Shown here piece by piece: positions 36,277 to 49,815 of a DNA stretch of 64,000 nt (position 1 is its first letter; the number at the start of each line of letters is the position of its first letter). The position numbers were made by a program, and so were the translations under genes. The stretch spans positions 57,414,001 to 57,478,000 of the forward strand of contig NC_058382.1 in assembly GCF_018350175.1 (NCBI RefSeq), read 5' to 3'. Source of the stretch: Felis catus (taxonomy: Eukaryota). Below the pieces are notes generated by a model. The model did no database searches, was not told where the DNA came from, and saw nothing but the letters and a program-made list of their open reading frames with translations.

Positions 36277-36885
36277 GTGACAACAGCAGCTGTAAGGGAA
36301 GAAGGGAGCAAGGAAGACAAACACCACACTCCCCCAACCCCCCCCCCCCGAAATGTCCACAGCAGGCTCTAGAAGGGAGAGGGGAAGATGTAATGTTGAA
36401 TGCAGGTCCGAGCGTTATCAGTCGGGACTGGACATTTTTCAGGGCTAAACTGAGACCACCAGCAATCTAAAAGTGACCCGAGACTTAGTTTCCCAAGAAT
36501 GGAGAAAAAAAAAAAAAAAATCATGGGGAAGGGCTGGACTTTTCATCGGGCGTCGAGCGGGTTCAAGGAGCGGCAGGAAATAAAAAGGCTATCATGGTTG
36601 CACCTGCAAAGCTATCTTGGACCGGTGACAGTGGGACAGAAAGCTCCATCTCTAGCTCAAGGTCAAGGGGCCAACAGAAGCAGCCACGATGAAGGGTCCT
36701 GTGTGTGCTTTGCCTCTGGTCTGGCCCCACCCCTCACCCCTGCTGGGTTAGAGTCACTGCAGGGAACAAAAACCGGCTCTTTCGTTTTCCAAACCCAGAC
36801 CTGTCACAGCCAATGAGGCCAGGCGCCCACAAGGTGGCGCCCACGATCACTGTAAGAGACTTTGCTACAGTCCTGTGTGTTTTCA

Positions 36886-37158
36886 GGGGCGCCTGGCTGG
36901 CCGTAGGTGGAACCCGTGACTCTTGATCTCAGGGTTGTAAGTTTGAGCCCCAGGTTGGGGGTAGAGATTACTTAAAAATAAACTCTTTAGGGGTGCCTGG
37001 GTGGCTCAGTCAGTTAAGCCAGCTTGATCTTGGCTCTGGTCATTGATCTCACAGTTCGTGAGTTCAAGACCCATGTCGGGCTCTACGCTGACGGTGCAGA
37101 GCCTGCCTGGAATTCTGTCTCTCCTTTCTCTGTCCCTTCCCTACACATGCACGTGGGC

Positions 37159-37190
<32 letters not shown>

Positions 37191-37205
37191 AAAATACATA
37201 AACTT
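36886..37205 (+). mobile_element. Two tandem CanSINEs (short tRNA-Lys-like type plus a longer type)
   Basis: Two SINE heads, at 36886 and ~36990. Confidence 0.8.
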
Positions 37206-37734
37206 TCCTGTGCAACCTACAGCCAGTGTCCCCTATGATTAACATCTTACATCAGTATGGCACATTTGTCACCATTAGTGAAGCAATATTGATCCCTCGT
37301 TACATGCAGCTCTCCAGGCGGGGATGGTTGCTCAGACTCTCCTCGGTTTTTATGACCGGGACAGTTTGAGGCATGCTGGTCAGGTGTTCTGTCGGGTTCC
37401 CCTTTATTGGGATTTGCCTGGTGTTTTCCTCATGACTAGACTAGGGTTGTGGGTTTGAGGGGTGAAGATTTACACCCCTTTGAGGGGTGTAAAGCGTCTG
37501 CTCGTCCATCGTATCAAGGACACAGGCCATCACTGTGACTTATCTCGGTTGGTGTTGACCTTGGCCAACCACCATCCAGTGTTGACCTTGGTTTCGCCAT
37601 CACCCAGTCTCTCTCCTTCCTCTTTTCATACTGTGCTCTTTGAATCGCGTGTTTTTCAAAGGTTTGCGCATGTGACATTTACTTGGGGCTCTAGTCTCTT
37701 CCTGCCTCTCCAATTATCCAAATAAAACTTCATC

Positions 37735-37973
37735 GGGGCGCCTGGGTGGCTCAGTCCGTTGAGCATCCAACTTCGGCTCAGGTCATTCATGATCTTGCGG
37801 TTCATGACTTTGAGCCCCGCATCAGTCTCTGGGCTGACAGCTCAGAGTCTGGAGCCCGCTTCGGATTCTGTGTCTCCCCCCACTCTCTCTCCCTGCCCCT
37901 GCCCCGCTCGCACTCAGTTTCTATCTCTCAAAAATAAAAATAAACATTAAAAAAATTTAAAAAAAAATTTTTT
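37735..37973 (+). mobile_element. CanSINE with 12-bp TSD
   Basis: taaaacttcatc on both flanks. Confidence 0.9.
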
Positions 37974-39867
37974 TAAAACTTCATCAGTATCCTCAAAGGG
38001 GTCATAGGAAGGAGAAGGCAGGAGAGGACAGCCAGAGACCAGCAGTGTGAGAAGGCCCCAGGGGCGCCCTGCCCCTGCCCTGGGAGCAGCGACCCCACAC
38101 CTGTGCCCTCACACCTGTCACCAGCTTAAAAACCCTTCAGTGACCTCCACCCTCCTGAGCAGACCCGACGACTCCTCACACCCTGGGTTTGGCCGTCCCC
38201 CCCCACACACACACACACGCATGCCGTCCCACTCTGGGTGACACGGGACACACATGGCCTCTTCACAGTGTTTCGTGAGCCTCGCAGAGTTGGTGACATC
38301 CTAGATTCACAACCCACCATGTCTCGCCACGACAAAGCTGCATTTCTGCTTTTGTGGTCCACAGGCCTTTTTCTTCCTCTAAGACCATGAGAGGTGCCAA
38401 AACCTCCTCGTTGCTAAAATCCTCTGTGCACAGGCCCAGATGGCAGTGTCTCTACAGCTGAGCTGAGCAAGGCCTGTGTCTCAGCCCGCTCACCTGCGTG
38501 GGGCCACCGCGGGGACTGCCTTATGTGGTGAAAAGCAGCCCCGGGGCCGGGAGGGCAGCAGGGCTCATAAAGGAAGCCCTCAGTTTCAAAAGAGGCTTTG
38601 CACGGATTTTTGCAGAAGGTCTGGCCTCCAAGCCTGCAGTCTGCTCACTACCTTCCCCGAAGGGACCGTGTATCTATGGCAACCAGGAATTAGGTGTCAA
38701 AGAGACCTTCCTGTCCGGCAGCTAAAACATAAAGGGGGGGGGGGGACAGAACAGGCCTCCAGGAACCCACCCCCAAGAACGCTGTGTGGCGGGGACGAGG
38801 CGACATTGGCCACAACCACGCCCAGGGCCGCGGGGCACAGGTTCAGGGGCTGCTGTAAACGGGATGTGTGGTGCGCGTGGAAAATACCAGACTTCAGCGA
38901 CGGGGTGGGGTCTTTTCCTAATTTTTAAAATGGCGTGAGAAGACGGTTTTAAGCGTCAACTCTCTCAGTAAGTTGCATTTTCTAGAACCCCGAGGAGGGC
39001 TTCCTGTATGGGGAATGGCATCCTGAGCCTGGCTTCCCTGGAGGAGACCAGTCCCTTAGGGTAAGTTTGTCACATCGTTCACTCGCTCAGCCCGTCTCCT
39101 GCGCCCCTGCTGAGTGCTAGACTCGGTGCTAAGGGCCGGGGACGCAGAAGCGAGGCCTGCGCGGCTCAGACACGTAAAGTGTCCCTGCCCCCGGGGCCCG
39201 TGAAGCAGGCCCCGGGGATCCCAGAATGCCGCCCCACTCCTGACCCCTCCCCGAGCCCACCCGCCAACAAACCGGAGACAGGGTCGGTGGGGGAAGGATC
39301 AGTACCACGCGGAGAAGGTGCTGGGGTGCGAACCTGCTGTCCCCAGTCAGAGCACTCAGGGGCACCCCTGCAGCCCAACGCCCCACTCCTGAGTGTCCCC
39401 CAGCCCCCCCCCTCGCCCACCCATCTGTCCTTCCATCCATCCCAGAGGTACTTAGCCCCCACTGCCCCTTGGACACCCTGGAAAGATTATGAAAATTCTT
39501 TAACCTAAGAGGCACAAAGCAGAATAAAACAAACCCTCCTCTACCCACCGCCTAGATTTAGCAACTGTTAACATTTTGCCCTATTTCCTACGGCTGCCGG
39601 TATCTGAAAGGAGACCAGAGTCGTCCTGACCCTCAGCCCTAAATAGGCCCATCTCCGTCCCTGTGAAATAGGACACTTGTCACCCAACCACAATACCGTT
39701 AACAAAAATCCTGAATATCGTCTGACCCTCCATCTGGGGGCTCCGGTTAGAAATGCGGGCTCTGGGGTCTTGCCCCAGACCTACTGAACCAGAATCCACA
39801 TCGCAAGAAGGTCCCCAACTAACCTGCGTGCACATTACAGTCCGGAAAACAAACTCGACACCCGGTC

Positions 39868-40276
39868 TGTTGGGGGCTGAATTCTACGCCTCCCGATTCA
39901 TAGGCCGAAGCCCCAACCCCAGGACTCAGAATGTGGCCTTAGTTGGAAATAGGGTCAGTGCAGACGTCATCAGTTCAGACGAGGTCATTCCGGAGCAGGG
40001 TGGGCCCCTAATCCAGCGTGACTGGCGTCGTTTTAAAATTTGGACACAGACAGACACACACGGGGAGGACGACGCGAGGAGACGGGGAAAAGGGTGGCCG
40101 TCCACAGGCTGAGGGGCGCCTGGAACAGAGATCCTCACGGCCTCAGAGGGACTAGCGCTGCTGACGCCACAGTGATTCTGGACCCCAGGCCTCCAGAGCG
40201 GAGAGAGAGAACGCTTGCGCCGTTTCAGCCAGAGCTTGGGGTCCCGAGCCACAGCGGCCCCGGGACACCATGCACA
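39868..40276 (+). mobile_element. MLT1A/B-like MaLR solo LTR
   Basis: Motifs tgttgggggctgaatt...ctcagaatgtggccttagttggaaatagggtc...gggcccctaatcca. Confidence 0.8.
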
Positions 40277-40542
40277 GCCCATACTCTAAACCTCACCTGC
40301 AGGGTTTTTCAACGACCCAAGGCTGAGCCCATGCTGGAAGGTTCTGACAGAGCCCGTCTGGGTGCGGCTTAGACTGTCCCTCACGCCCCTGGCAATTCTC
40401 AGCTGCCTGCTTTCCCAGTTAACCTTGACAAAGTGGGCCGGGGAGGGGGGGGTCCCCCACCTGCTGCGGGGGGCTTCGCGAAGAAGGGCTGGCAGGTTAT
40501 CTGGGGAGAGAAGTACCCGACCTCAGGGTGGGGACCCTCAGA

Positions 40543-40727
40543 GCTGTGGCCCTCAACGTGGGGTCCTGGGCCTGCAGCATCCACATCACCTGGGAGCTTG
40601 TGGGAAACGCAGGTGCAGGTACCCCCCCCCCAGACGTTCGGAATCAAGAGGCTGGGGGCGCCCAACAAGCTATGTTTTAAGGAACCCTCCCTGCAATTCT
40701 GATGCACGCCCGAGCCTGAGGAGCAGA
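40543..40727. mobile_element. MER5A-like hAT MITE
   Basis: Motifs cagcatccacatcacctgggagcttg and aattctgatgcacgc. Confidence 0.7.
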
Positions 40728-40747
40728 GCCTTAAAGAAACAGGGGCC

Positions 40748-40975
40748 GGGGCGCCTTGGGGGACTCAGTTAAGCGTCTGACTCGAGCTCAGGTCATGATC
40801 TCGCGGTTCGTGGGTTCGAGCCCCGCGTCGGGCTCTGTGCTGACAGCTCAGAGCCTGGAGCCTGTTTCAGATTCTGTGTCTCCCTCTCTCTGACCCTCCC
40901 CTGTTCGTGCTCTGTCTCCCCTCTTTCAAAAATACATAAACATTAAAATTTTTTTTTAGTTAAAAAAAAAGAAAA
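40748..40975 (+). mobile_element. CanSINE
   Basis: Full length. Confidence 0.9.
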
Positions 40976-42264
40976 AAGCACGGGCCTGAACCCTGGATGT
41001 GTTCTGACAACCTCCACCCATGCCAGCCCGTGGGGACTTTAAGAGCACCCGCGCTCTCTCCGTTGAGGTGGAAAGCAGCAAAATCCCCCATCAATAGCCG
41101 CAGGCTCGGGATCTCCTTCCCAGACCCCCAAACTGGCCTCTCCATTCAACTGATGGCTCCCGGACGTTCACTCTATTAACTTGTGTGGTGAATCATTCAC
41201 ACGGCCAGCCAACACGGTAACAACGTCAAACAGTCGGAGAGAGAGAGGCTAGAATACAAGGGAAATCCTGACACCCGGCCCCCCAGTCCCGCTCCCCCAA
41301 GGCAGCCAAGACCACAAGCTTCTGGGGGCTTTGCCCGGAGCCAGTCTGTGAAGCCACACCCGAGTGCATCCATAGCCCCTTCAACACACACACCGGAAGC
41401 CAGCGTCATACCTGGTCTCTTTCCTCCGTGTACCATCCACCCTGGAGCTCACACGACCGTCTGTTTTTATAACGTGCCGCCGTCTGAGAACAGATAACTG
41501 AGCCCGTCCCTTACGGACCAGCATGTCGCTTGTTCCCCATCTGTGGCCTTTCCGCGCAAGCCTGCCTTTCGCGGTCTTGTACATTTTGACACAAAGGGCC
41601 CGATGTCGAGCGGCCAGACGTGTGGATTTCACGAGCCAGTTAAAACGTCGAGGGGCTGATACAAAGCGAAAAGGACGTTGAAAAATGAGAATACTCGCCT
41701 AACTTCTGTTGCATCGAGTAAAATCGTTTTCACACCCGAGTCTCGGGAAGATGAGATTTTTTTTTTAAAGAGCCATTAACAGAGCGCGTTGTTTTGTAGG
41801 ACGCTCGCTTTTCTGGTGTGATTACGGGCCTGGAATGTCTTCACCCTGGACCCTGCAGCTTGTTCCTAACCCTTGCAGATCTGCGGGCAAGTGGGGGCAT
41901 TGCCGGGCGCCAGAACCTACGTTTTTTCCCAGGTGATTCACGGGCACGTGAAAGTTCGAGAAGCCCTGGGCTAAAGAGGGCTTTGCCGACGCCCGCTAAA
42001 ACCCTGCGAAGGGGTACAGTCAGCGTGAACTGGGGGGGGTGGGGGCAGTGTGTGTGGTCGGACAGCTGGCTGGGGTCCAATTCTGCAGACTTTGTTTGCG
42101 GAACACTGAGAAAGATGCTTCATCTTTCTGAGCCTCAGTCTCCCCATCTTTTTTCCTTGCGTCAGTAAGGAAGGGACCCCGACTCCCTCAGGGGCCACGG
42201 TCTTCCGGGCTCTGACCTTCCCAGAAACCCATACGGTCCTACATACTTTAAATTCCGTGGTCGT

Positions 42265-42485
42265 GGGGTGCCCGGGTGGCTCAGTCGATTAAGCGTCCAA
42301 CTTGGGCTCGGGTCATGATCTCACAGTGCGTGGGTTCGAGCCCCGCGTGGGGCTCTGGGCTGACAGCTCGGAGCCCGGAGCCCGCTTCGGATTCTGTGTC
42401 CTCCTTTCTCTCTGCTCCTCCCCTGCTCATGCTCTGTCTGTCTCTCTCTCTTAAGAATAAAAAAAAAAAAAAAAAAAAAAAAAAA
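42265..42485 (+). mobile_element. CanSINE
   Basis: Full length with poly(A) tail. Confidence 0.9.
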
Positions 42486-42489
42486 TGAA

Positions 42490-42838
42490 GGTAGGGGCAG
42501 AGTTGTTTCCCTGGGGGAGGGGCATCCCTTTTGGGTTTCTCCTGACTTCTGGTGGCTCCCAGCGGTCCTCGGTGCCACGGAACTTACAGACGCATCACAC
42601 GCCTCTGCTGCCATTGTCACAGGGCCTCGTCCGTGTCTGTGACTTCTCTTCTGTCTCCCGTAAGGCCACCGGTCATTGGATTCAGGGCCTGTCCTGATCC
42701 AGGATGAGCTCATCTCGAATCTTCATGACATCTGCAAAACCTCCATCTCCAAACAAGATCCCGCACACAGGTGCCGGGCAGACACGTCTTCGGGGGGGAG
42801 GGGGGCGGGGGGCGGGGGGGGAACCGTTCAAGCCACCA
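42490..42838 (-). mobile_element. MLT1-like LTR fragment
   Basis: Reverse motifs ggattcagggcc...tccaggatga...acatctgcaaaacc. Confidence 0.65.
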
Positions 42839-44290
42839 CGGGTCGGCCTGCAGTTCGCTCCTCTCTGAGGGGCTTATGCTTGTCACACCCCCTCTCATCC
42901 GGGAGGGAGAGAGGCTGTGTCCTCTGAGATGTCAGCCCTCCGGAAGCTGGCGGGGGCCGCGCTCACGCCCACTGCGTTGTGCACCGCCCTGACCACAGCC
43001 CTCGGCTCTTACACCCACCGGGACACCGAGGGCCACAGACACGCAGCCAGGTGGCTGTGAGGCCTGGTCCCACCCGGCAGCCCGCTGATTTCATGGGGCA
43101 AACCGGGGCCCCAACATCCAGGGGAGGCCGACAGGGAAGGACGGGCCCCAAATAAAAGGGCGTTCATCTGGCGATGCTCGGGGAAACACTTCACGACGCC
43201 ACAGAATCAGGAGCCGGTTTGATGAGCCCCACAGATGAGTGTCCCGAGTCCTCCACGGTCACGTGCGGGAGGCCACCGGAGCTGGGACGCACGCCCGGAC
43301 ACACGCTCTCGGACGGCACAGACGGTCTGCGGGATCCCGTGGGGAGTTCATACAAGCCCGGATGCCCAGGCTGCGTCCACACCAACGGAGTCAGCAGCTC
43401 TGGGAGACGGGGTTCAGGCATCGGGGGTTCCCGTGCACAGCAGCATCGAGAACCGCGGGTGTGTCACCGGAAGCTGTTGCCGTGCCGGCTGGGGCTTCGT
43501 GGGAGGACATGGGGCTCGAGCTCACGGCCCCGAGATCAAGAGTCACACGCTCCTCTGACTGAGCCAGCCGGGCGGCCCGTGCATGCTTTTTGGTTAATGT
43601 TTTCCCCTGTCCCATGGACACCGACTTCGTAGTTAGAACCCTTACCTTAACGACTCACTTTCCGTGTGACAACTAAGCGTCCCTTACTTGTAGAGAAACA
43701 CGAAGGTCCTGGGGATTGCTGACCACTTGCCCAGAGGTGCCTCAGGAAGGTCCCGCTTTGGATTCTGTGTCTCCCCCTCTCTCTGCCCCTTCCCTGCTTG
43801 TGCGCGTACGCACTCTCTCTCAAAAAAATAAATAAACGTTAAAAATAAAAAAATAAAAAAAAAGAATTTTCCAACCAAGTTCTGTTCTTTGAGTAAATAT
43901 GGACGTTATTTGAAAACATAACAGTACCAAGCACGCAAATCACACTATGTGCCGAGCGCTTCGCGGCTCAGAACCGTTTAATTATCCCTCGGGCCACGAG
44001 GCGAGTTCAGGCATTAACCAAGCGTTACTGCCCCGAGGACACAGAGGCCAAGAAAGCTTAACTGACCTGCTCAAAATCCCATGAGAATGTCTGAGCTGGG
44101 ATTTGCTTCTGGAATCTGTGAACTCCACCACTGCCCTTTGCTGCAAAGAAAAGAAAGGACGCACGAAGAGAGGGGAAGCCAGCTCAGCTCAGGAACAGGA
44201 CCCAAACCCACAGAGTTTAAGGGCAGAAATGCCCTCAGCCTGCAGCCTCAGGGGCTCGTTGTGGGCAGTCCATCAAGAAAGGGGGCAGGG

Positions 44291-44520
44291 GGGCGCCTGG
44301 GTGGCGCAGTCGGTTAAGCGTCCGACTTCAGCCAGGTCACGATCTCGCGGTCTGTGAGTTCGAGCCCCGCGTTGGGCTCTGGGCTGATGGCTCAGAGCCT
44401 GGAGCCTGTTTCCGATTCTGTGTCTCCCTCTCTCTCTGCCCCTCCCCCGTTCATACTCTGTCTCTCTCTGTCCCCCAAAAAATAAATAAACGTTGAAAAA
44501 AAAATTAAAAAAAAAAAAAA
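44291..44520 (+). mobile_element. Young-type CanSINE with 16-bp TSD
   Basis: TSD aagaaagggggcaggg at 44275-44290 and 44521-44536. Confidence 0.95.
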
Positions 44521-44877
44521 AAGAAAGGGGGCAGGGCAGACCTGCCCTGTGTGACCGGGCCACTTCTCTGCCTGGCTCAGTTTCCCCGTCTGTAAAATGG
44601 GCAGTGATCGCACCCACCTCCTATTCTAGGCATTAAGGAAAACTCTCAAAATAGCGCCCGGCTCCTCAGTGGCCAGCAGAAGTTGGCTTACGTTATTCCT
44701 GTTTTTCTGCTCGATTCGACACGCCCAACAAACCACCAGCGCTCCCACGCACCTCGGTCTGGAATGGTGTGAATCCGTGGGGATAACGCAGCCCCCTACC
44801 TCAGAATCTGTCCAGGCCGACTTTGTGACAACCGCGTGGGGATCGCAGCGGCTTAGGATGTGTGCCTGTGACTTTTA

Positions 44878-45100
44878 AAAAAAACATTTTTTTTAATGTT
44901 TCTTTTTGAGAGAGAGAGAGACAGAGGGCAAGCAGGAGAGGGGCAGAGAGAGAGGGGGACCCAGAATCCCAAGCAGGCTCCAGGCTCCGAGCCGTCGGCA
45001 CAGAGCCCGACGCGGGGCTCAAACTCACGAACCGCGAGATCATGACCTGAGCCGAAGTCGGACGCTTCGGCTCCCCGACGGAGCCCCCCCCGGGGCGCCC
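44878..45100 (-). mobile_element. CanSINE
   Basis: Reverse SINE with an altered head. Confidence 0.85.
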
Positions 45101-46295
45101 CAATGACCAGGACTTTTTTCAAGGTCATAAAAGGGTTGCAGCTGTATCTGGGGGTCAGTCCTCTCATTTCCACACCAAAGCCCCGAACACGGATTCTGGC
45201 AGATGGAAAACTAGGCTTCCTCTCGGAGCCTGTTTCCTCCTCTGTGAAATGGGCGCAGTGAGAGTTGCCTCCGTTCGTGTCACTCAGGGTGGCGTCAGGG
45301 ACCAGCAGCACCAGCAAAGGCTGAGATCCGTTAGAAACGCAGACCCTCGGCCACCACCCCCAGAGCTGCCGAAGCAGAAGCTAATTTTGCTGGAGATCCT
45401 CCGGGGAAGTTGCGGGCACGTTACGTTTTTTGAAAAGTCCTACCCTGCCTCGCAGAGTCTCGTTTGGAGCAAATAAACTGTAAGGCACCTGTACGTTATT
45501 GACTTAGATACAGGTTAGCTCCTTCCCCTTGACCTTCTTTTCTGCCCAAAGGAAGGTAGAAACTCTACCTTGTCCGTAACCTGCAGTCGTGGTGACCCTG
45601 GGCGGAGGCTGGTGTCTGTACCTCATAAGCACAAGGTCTCATCCTCCCGGGGGCTCCTCTGGGGTAGAAACTATTGTCCCATGTGACAGACGAGCAAACA
45701 GATGCTCAGAGAGGTCCTGTGACTTGCCCACGTTTGCCGAGGCTGAGGCAGGCTGGGGGACGCCGTCTGATGCCACAGCCCTTGTTCTGATCACCACGCC
45801 CTCCTCCCCGTGTCCCTCAGCCTGCGCCCTTTGGGACCCCAGGTTTGGTGGGCTCCCTGCTCCCACCCTCCAGAGACACCTGCAGCTTGGGGAGGTGGCC
45901 CTGCCCCACCCCACCCCCACCCCCACGCCACTCTGGGAAGTCTGGACAAACACCCTCCAAGCCAGACCAGCCAGGACCGAAACAAAGAAACCCAAAAATG
46001 TTACCAACTTGCAAATTTATGGGCAGTTGGGGAATGCCGGGTTTGCATATTTTAGCGCCGTGTCCTTTCGCCCAGTCCTCTGCGATCACGTCATTCTGAT
46101 TCTCTCATTCACACGGGTAACGAGGGCGGTGGCTGGGACGGTGAATGTGGACGCAGTGACCCTTCCAGAATAGAGTGGCCAGATGGCTCCGTCTTCCTGA
46201 GAGGGGTTCCCCAGACGCGCCTCAGGACCTTGGGAGCGTCCCTGGAAGCTCCTTCCTCGATGGCTCAGATCTCATCTCTTATTTGGGAGTCCTGA

Positions 46296-46297
46296 TT

Positions 46298-46364
<67 letters not shown>

Positions 46365-46377
46365 GTCTTTCTTTCTT

Positions 46378-46418
<41 letters not shown>

Positions 46419-46628
46419 CATGTTTATTTATTTTTGAGAGAGAGACTGAGCGTGAACGGGCGAGGGGCAGAGAGAGAGGGAGACACAGAAACCCAAGCAG
46501 GCTCCAGGCTGCCAGTGCAGAGCCCGACCCGGGGCTCGAACTCACGGAACCGTGAGATCATGACCTGAGCCGAAATCAAGAGTCAGCCACTTAACCGGCT
46601 GAGCCAGCCAGCCAGCCAGCCGCCCCCG
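46296..46628 (-). mobile_element. CanSINE with an expanded (TTTC)n/(CT)n tail
   Basis: Reverse SINE body plus microsatellite at ~46296-46420. Confidence 0.85.
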
Positions 46629-46936
46629 GAGTCCTGATTTCTTGTTTCGCACGAGTTCCCTCCCGGGGACACCCTGGCCGCTTCCTGCCTGCAGGAGGGA
46701 GGCTGGGAGGGTTCTGCCAATCTCGTCATCGGGAAGGACATCGGAGCCCGAGGGCCAGGAGCAGGAAGCCACACAGCAGAGCCGGCTGCTAGAAAGGCCC
46801 CTGCGGCTGCCACCCCAAGAACGTGATCTCATTGCTGAAATATCACGGTGGCGCATTCGTTCGACCATCGTAAAGCACCTTTAGTCGTTCCTTATCAAAG
46901 AAATACAAAGACCTTCCGGACACAAAAAGCAAGAAG

Positions 46937-46937
<1 letters not shown>

Positions 46938-46976
<39 letters not shown>
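46938..46976. repeat. (CA)n microsatellite
   Basis: Read directly from the sequence. Confidence 0.95.
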
Positions 46977-46977
<1 letters not shown>

Positions 46978-46978
<1 letters not shown>

Positions 46979-47620
46979 TGTGTCGGGAGTCACCAAGACC
47001 ATGCCACATTCAGAGACTCACTAGAAGGACTCCTATTTGCACACGTGGTTGTGTTCACGGCTGAGATCTGTTTAGAGCAACGGGGTCAGGATACGCAGCC
47101 AGATCCTCAGGAAAACCCCCCAGGGAGAGCCTTTCCAACTGAATGTTTGTGTCCCCTCGAAACTCATATGTTGAGGCTCTAAGCCCCAATGTGATGGCAT
47201 TGGGAAATGGGGAGCCCTTGGGGGCTTAGGTGGGCTGGACATACACGAACTCACGACGGAGAATGAGAACAAGATTCAGCCGATTCCACGGTTTCTTAAA
47301 CACGACAATCGACACCAAAGGGCAGGTGTGCGGAGGGGGCCCCTTGGCTGCACTGGGCGAGGAGAAGGTTCTCTTTGCTCTAATCCGGTCCAGACCCGAC
47401 TTCTGCCCGGTCAGGCGCGTGCAGAGGTCCCCTGTGGGGTTCTTGAGCTGCCCTGCTCTGCCCTGGAGGGCTCGGCTCTGTCTACACTCGCCCTAGTAAC
47501 ATGGAATTTACCGGAGTTTGCTCCCAATTCCCATGGACCCCTGCCCCGCATGCATGGGGCTCTCCACCAGACATCTGCTCTGGGGGCTACCTTTTCTCTC
47601 AAATATTCATCCTGGACTTT
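46978..47620 (+). mobile_element. MER21-family LTR remnant with a nested MaLR-like piece
   Basis: Motif ccaagacc...actcactagaaggactc; internal ctcatatgttgaggctctaagccccaatgtgatgg. Confidence 0.55.
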
Positions 47621-47825
47621 GTCCTCTACGGTTCCCCCCACCAGTGGTGGCCCCCCTTGAATGAAGTTCTAGGAGGATCGGAAAGCCCTTTCCTTTGAGT
47701 GGAAAGACCACCTTTCCAGCCAGGTCTGTCTTGCTCAATTGAGTTCCTTTGGTTGCAGGTAAGGTAAACCCAGCGCCGTGTCCATGAGGGCGTAACCTGG
47801 ATGCCCACAGGCTCTGCTTGGAATT

Positions 47826-48055
47826 CTTTTTCTTTTAATTTTTTTTTTTTAACACTTATTCATTTTTGAGAGACAGAGAGAGACAGAGCATGAAGAAGCG
47901 AAGGGCAGGGAGAGAGGGAGACACGGAATCCGAAACAGGCTCCAGGCTCCGAGCTGTCGGCACAGAGCCCGACGCGGGGCTCGAACCCACGAACCGTGAG
48001 ATCATGACCCGAGCCGAAGTCGGACACTTAACTGGCTGAGCCGCCCAGGAGCCCC
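47826..48055 (-). mobile_element. CanSINE
   Basis: Reverse full-length copy. Confidence 0.9.
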
Positions 48056-49815
48056 GCAACCAGGAGATGCCCAGGAGGCCCCTACCCGGTCCTCGAGGGA
48101 GCCACCCGGAGGCTGGCCTCACCCAAGAGCGCACGTCCCGTGTCCCAGGACCCGTCTCGACGGCCATTTCACGGGGCAGAGACGCTGACCGGCACCGCTG
48201 GGGTCAGGCATCCAGTCCTGGGGCGGCCGCTGCCGGCCAAGGGGTCAGGGGCCCGCGGGAGCGACACGCTTCCGTGTGGAAGCAGAAACCGCTGTCAGCA
48301 GTTGGCAGAAAACAAGCGTATCTTGCAACTTGCTGTAGAACGCATTCCACGGCCCCCTGGCCGCCGCAGCCCCCGTGCGCGCCCGGCTTAACCATTTCCT
48401 CGCTCACTCGCCCGCGAACTGCCCTTCTGGGAGCAGGTCCTCCAAGGGTATCTGGTGATCGATGAGCCGACCTTCGGCCTCCAGTCCATCTCCAGCCGAG
48501 CTATCGATCTGGGGGACATCCTCCGGCTTCTGGCCATTTTCTTGCTCCTCTTGTTTCAACACGAGCTGACCACGATAAACAAAACTTGACAAGCAGGCCG
48601 GGAGGGGGACCCATAAGGGGAGCTGCGACCGTGCCTGGTTGGCACAGAAGCCTCACGTACGCGCCTTTCTAAGCCTCCCCGAGCGAACCGTGTGTTCCTG
48701 GCCCTTCGACGTCGGGGCCTTCGGGGATGTGTGGCACAGCGTTCTCGGGGGGCCGCTCAGGGTTCTGGGTGGGACAGAGAGCGGCCTCTCCAAAGGAAGT
48801 TGATTAGACTCGGGGAGATAAATCTTCGGCTTCCTTCCTCTCTGAGACGATTCTGGGCAAAGTGCCCCCCGCAGTCCCTGCCGGGGGAACAAAGGCCCTC
48901 TGTCCAGCCAGGCGCCTCCGCCCGACCTCTTCTGTGTTATGAGCCGTGACCTCATGATCATTTCATAAAGCTTGCCAGGCTGAAACGGCCACTCCCCGCC
49001 CTTGGGCTGCAGGAGACCGCTGGGCCTCTCCAGACCGCCCCAACTGTCCCCCTCTCTAGCCCCGGGGGCCTGCCAACCCCACCCCCACCTCCCAGCCATA
49101 AATGCAGCCAAGCCTTCTGCTGATGTCACCCTGGCTGTCATCCAGGCCCCCGGAAGGCTTCCTCTAGATGATCGCCCTGAGGGGACCCTGACCTGCAGGA
49201 AGGCCTGGTACCCCAAGGGGACGATGAGCACAGGCTTTAGGGGCGGACACGGCGGCCTTCCACTCCACCCAGCACCCGCTTCCCAGCCACCACTGGGGGG
49301 GGGGGTGAGGGTGGGGGGCTCCCGAGCTCCCTGCCTCCCTGCCTCCGCCTCCTTGTCTGCCCACGGGGGATGGTGACAGCAAGGCTGAGGTCACAGGGGC
49401 GGTGAGAGGCTACACGTGGTCACGTGTGTGTGCCGTGCTGGCAGAGGGCAGGGGCCACAGCGAGAGCGGGATAAACCCCAGCAGGGGGGAGGTGAGGAGG
49501 TGTGCCTCCTGGCTCAAAGGACAGGAAAGACCTTTCTCCTTTCTTCTGGCCACCCTCCCCTCCCCCACCCCGCCACCCCCTCCCCCCAACCCTACTTGTC
49601 CTGCCGTTTTTAATGTATTATTTGAGGACACACCCCCTGGGGCACAGGACGCTCTCGGACAAGTGGGTGGAGAGTCGCGGTGGTTCCTGGGGAGGGAAGG
49701 GAGCCGGCGGCTGTGATGGGTTCCGGGAGGCAGGGAGGTGGCAGCGGGAGGCACCAGCAAGGCCCCACGCGTGCTACACTGTCCCATCACACCTGACTTA
49801 CAAAACGCAAACACA

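Noticed and set aside
43490..43578. tRNA-Lys(CTT)-like sequence on the minus strand (similar ones at ~36886 and ~61690-61771)
   Set aside because: These are degenerate heads of tRNA-derived carnivore SINEs with broken stems, not tRNA genes.
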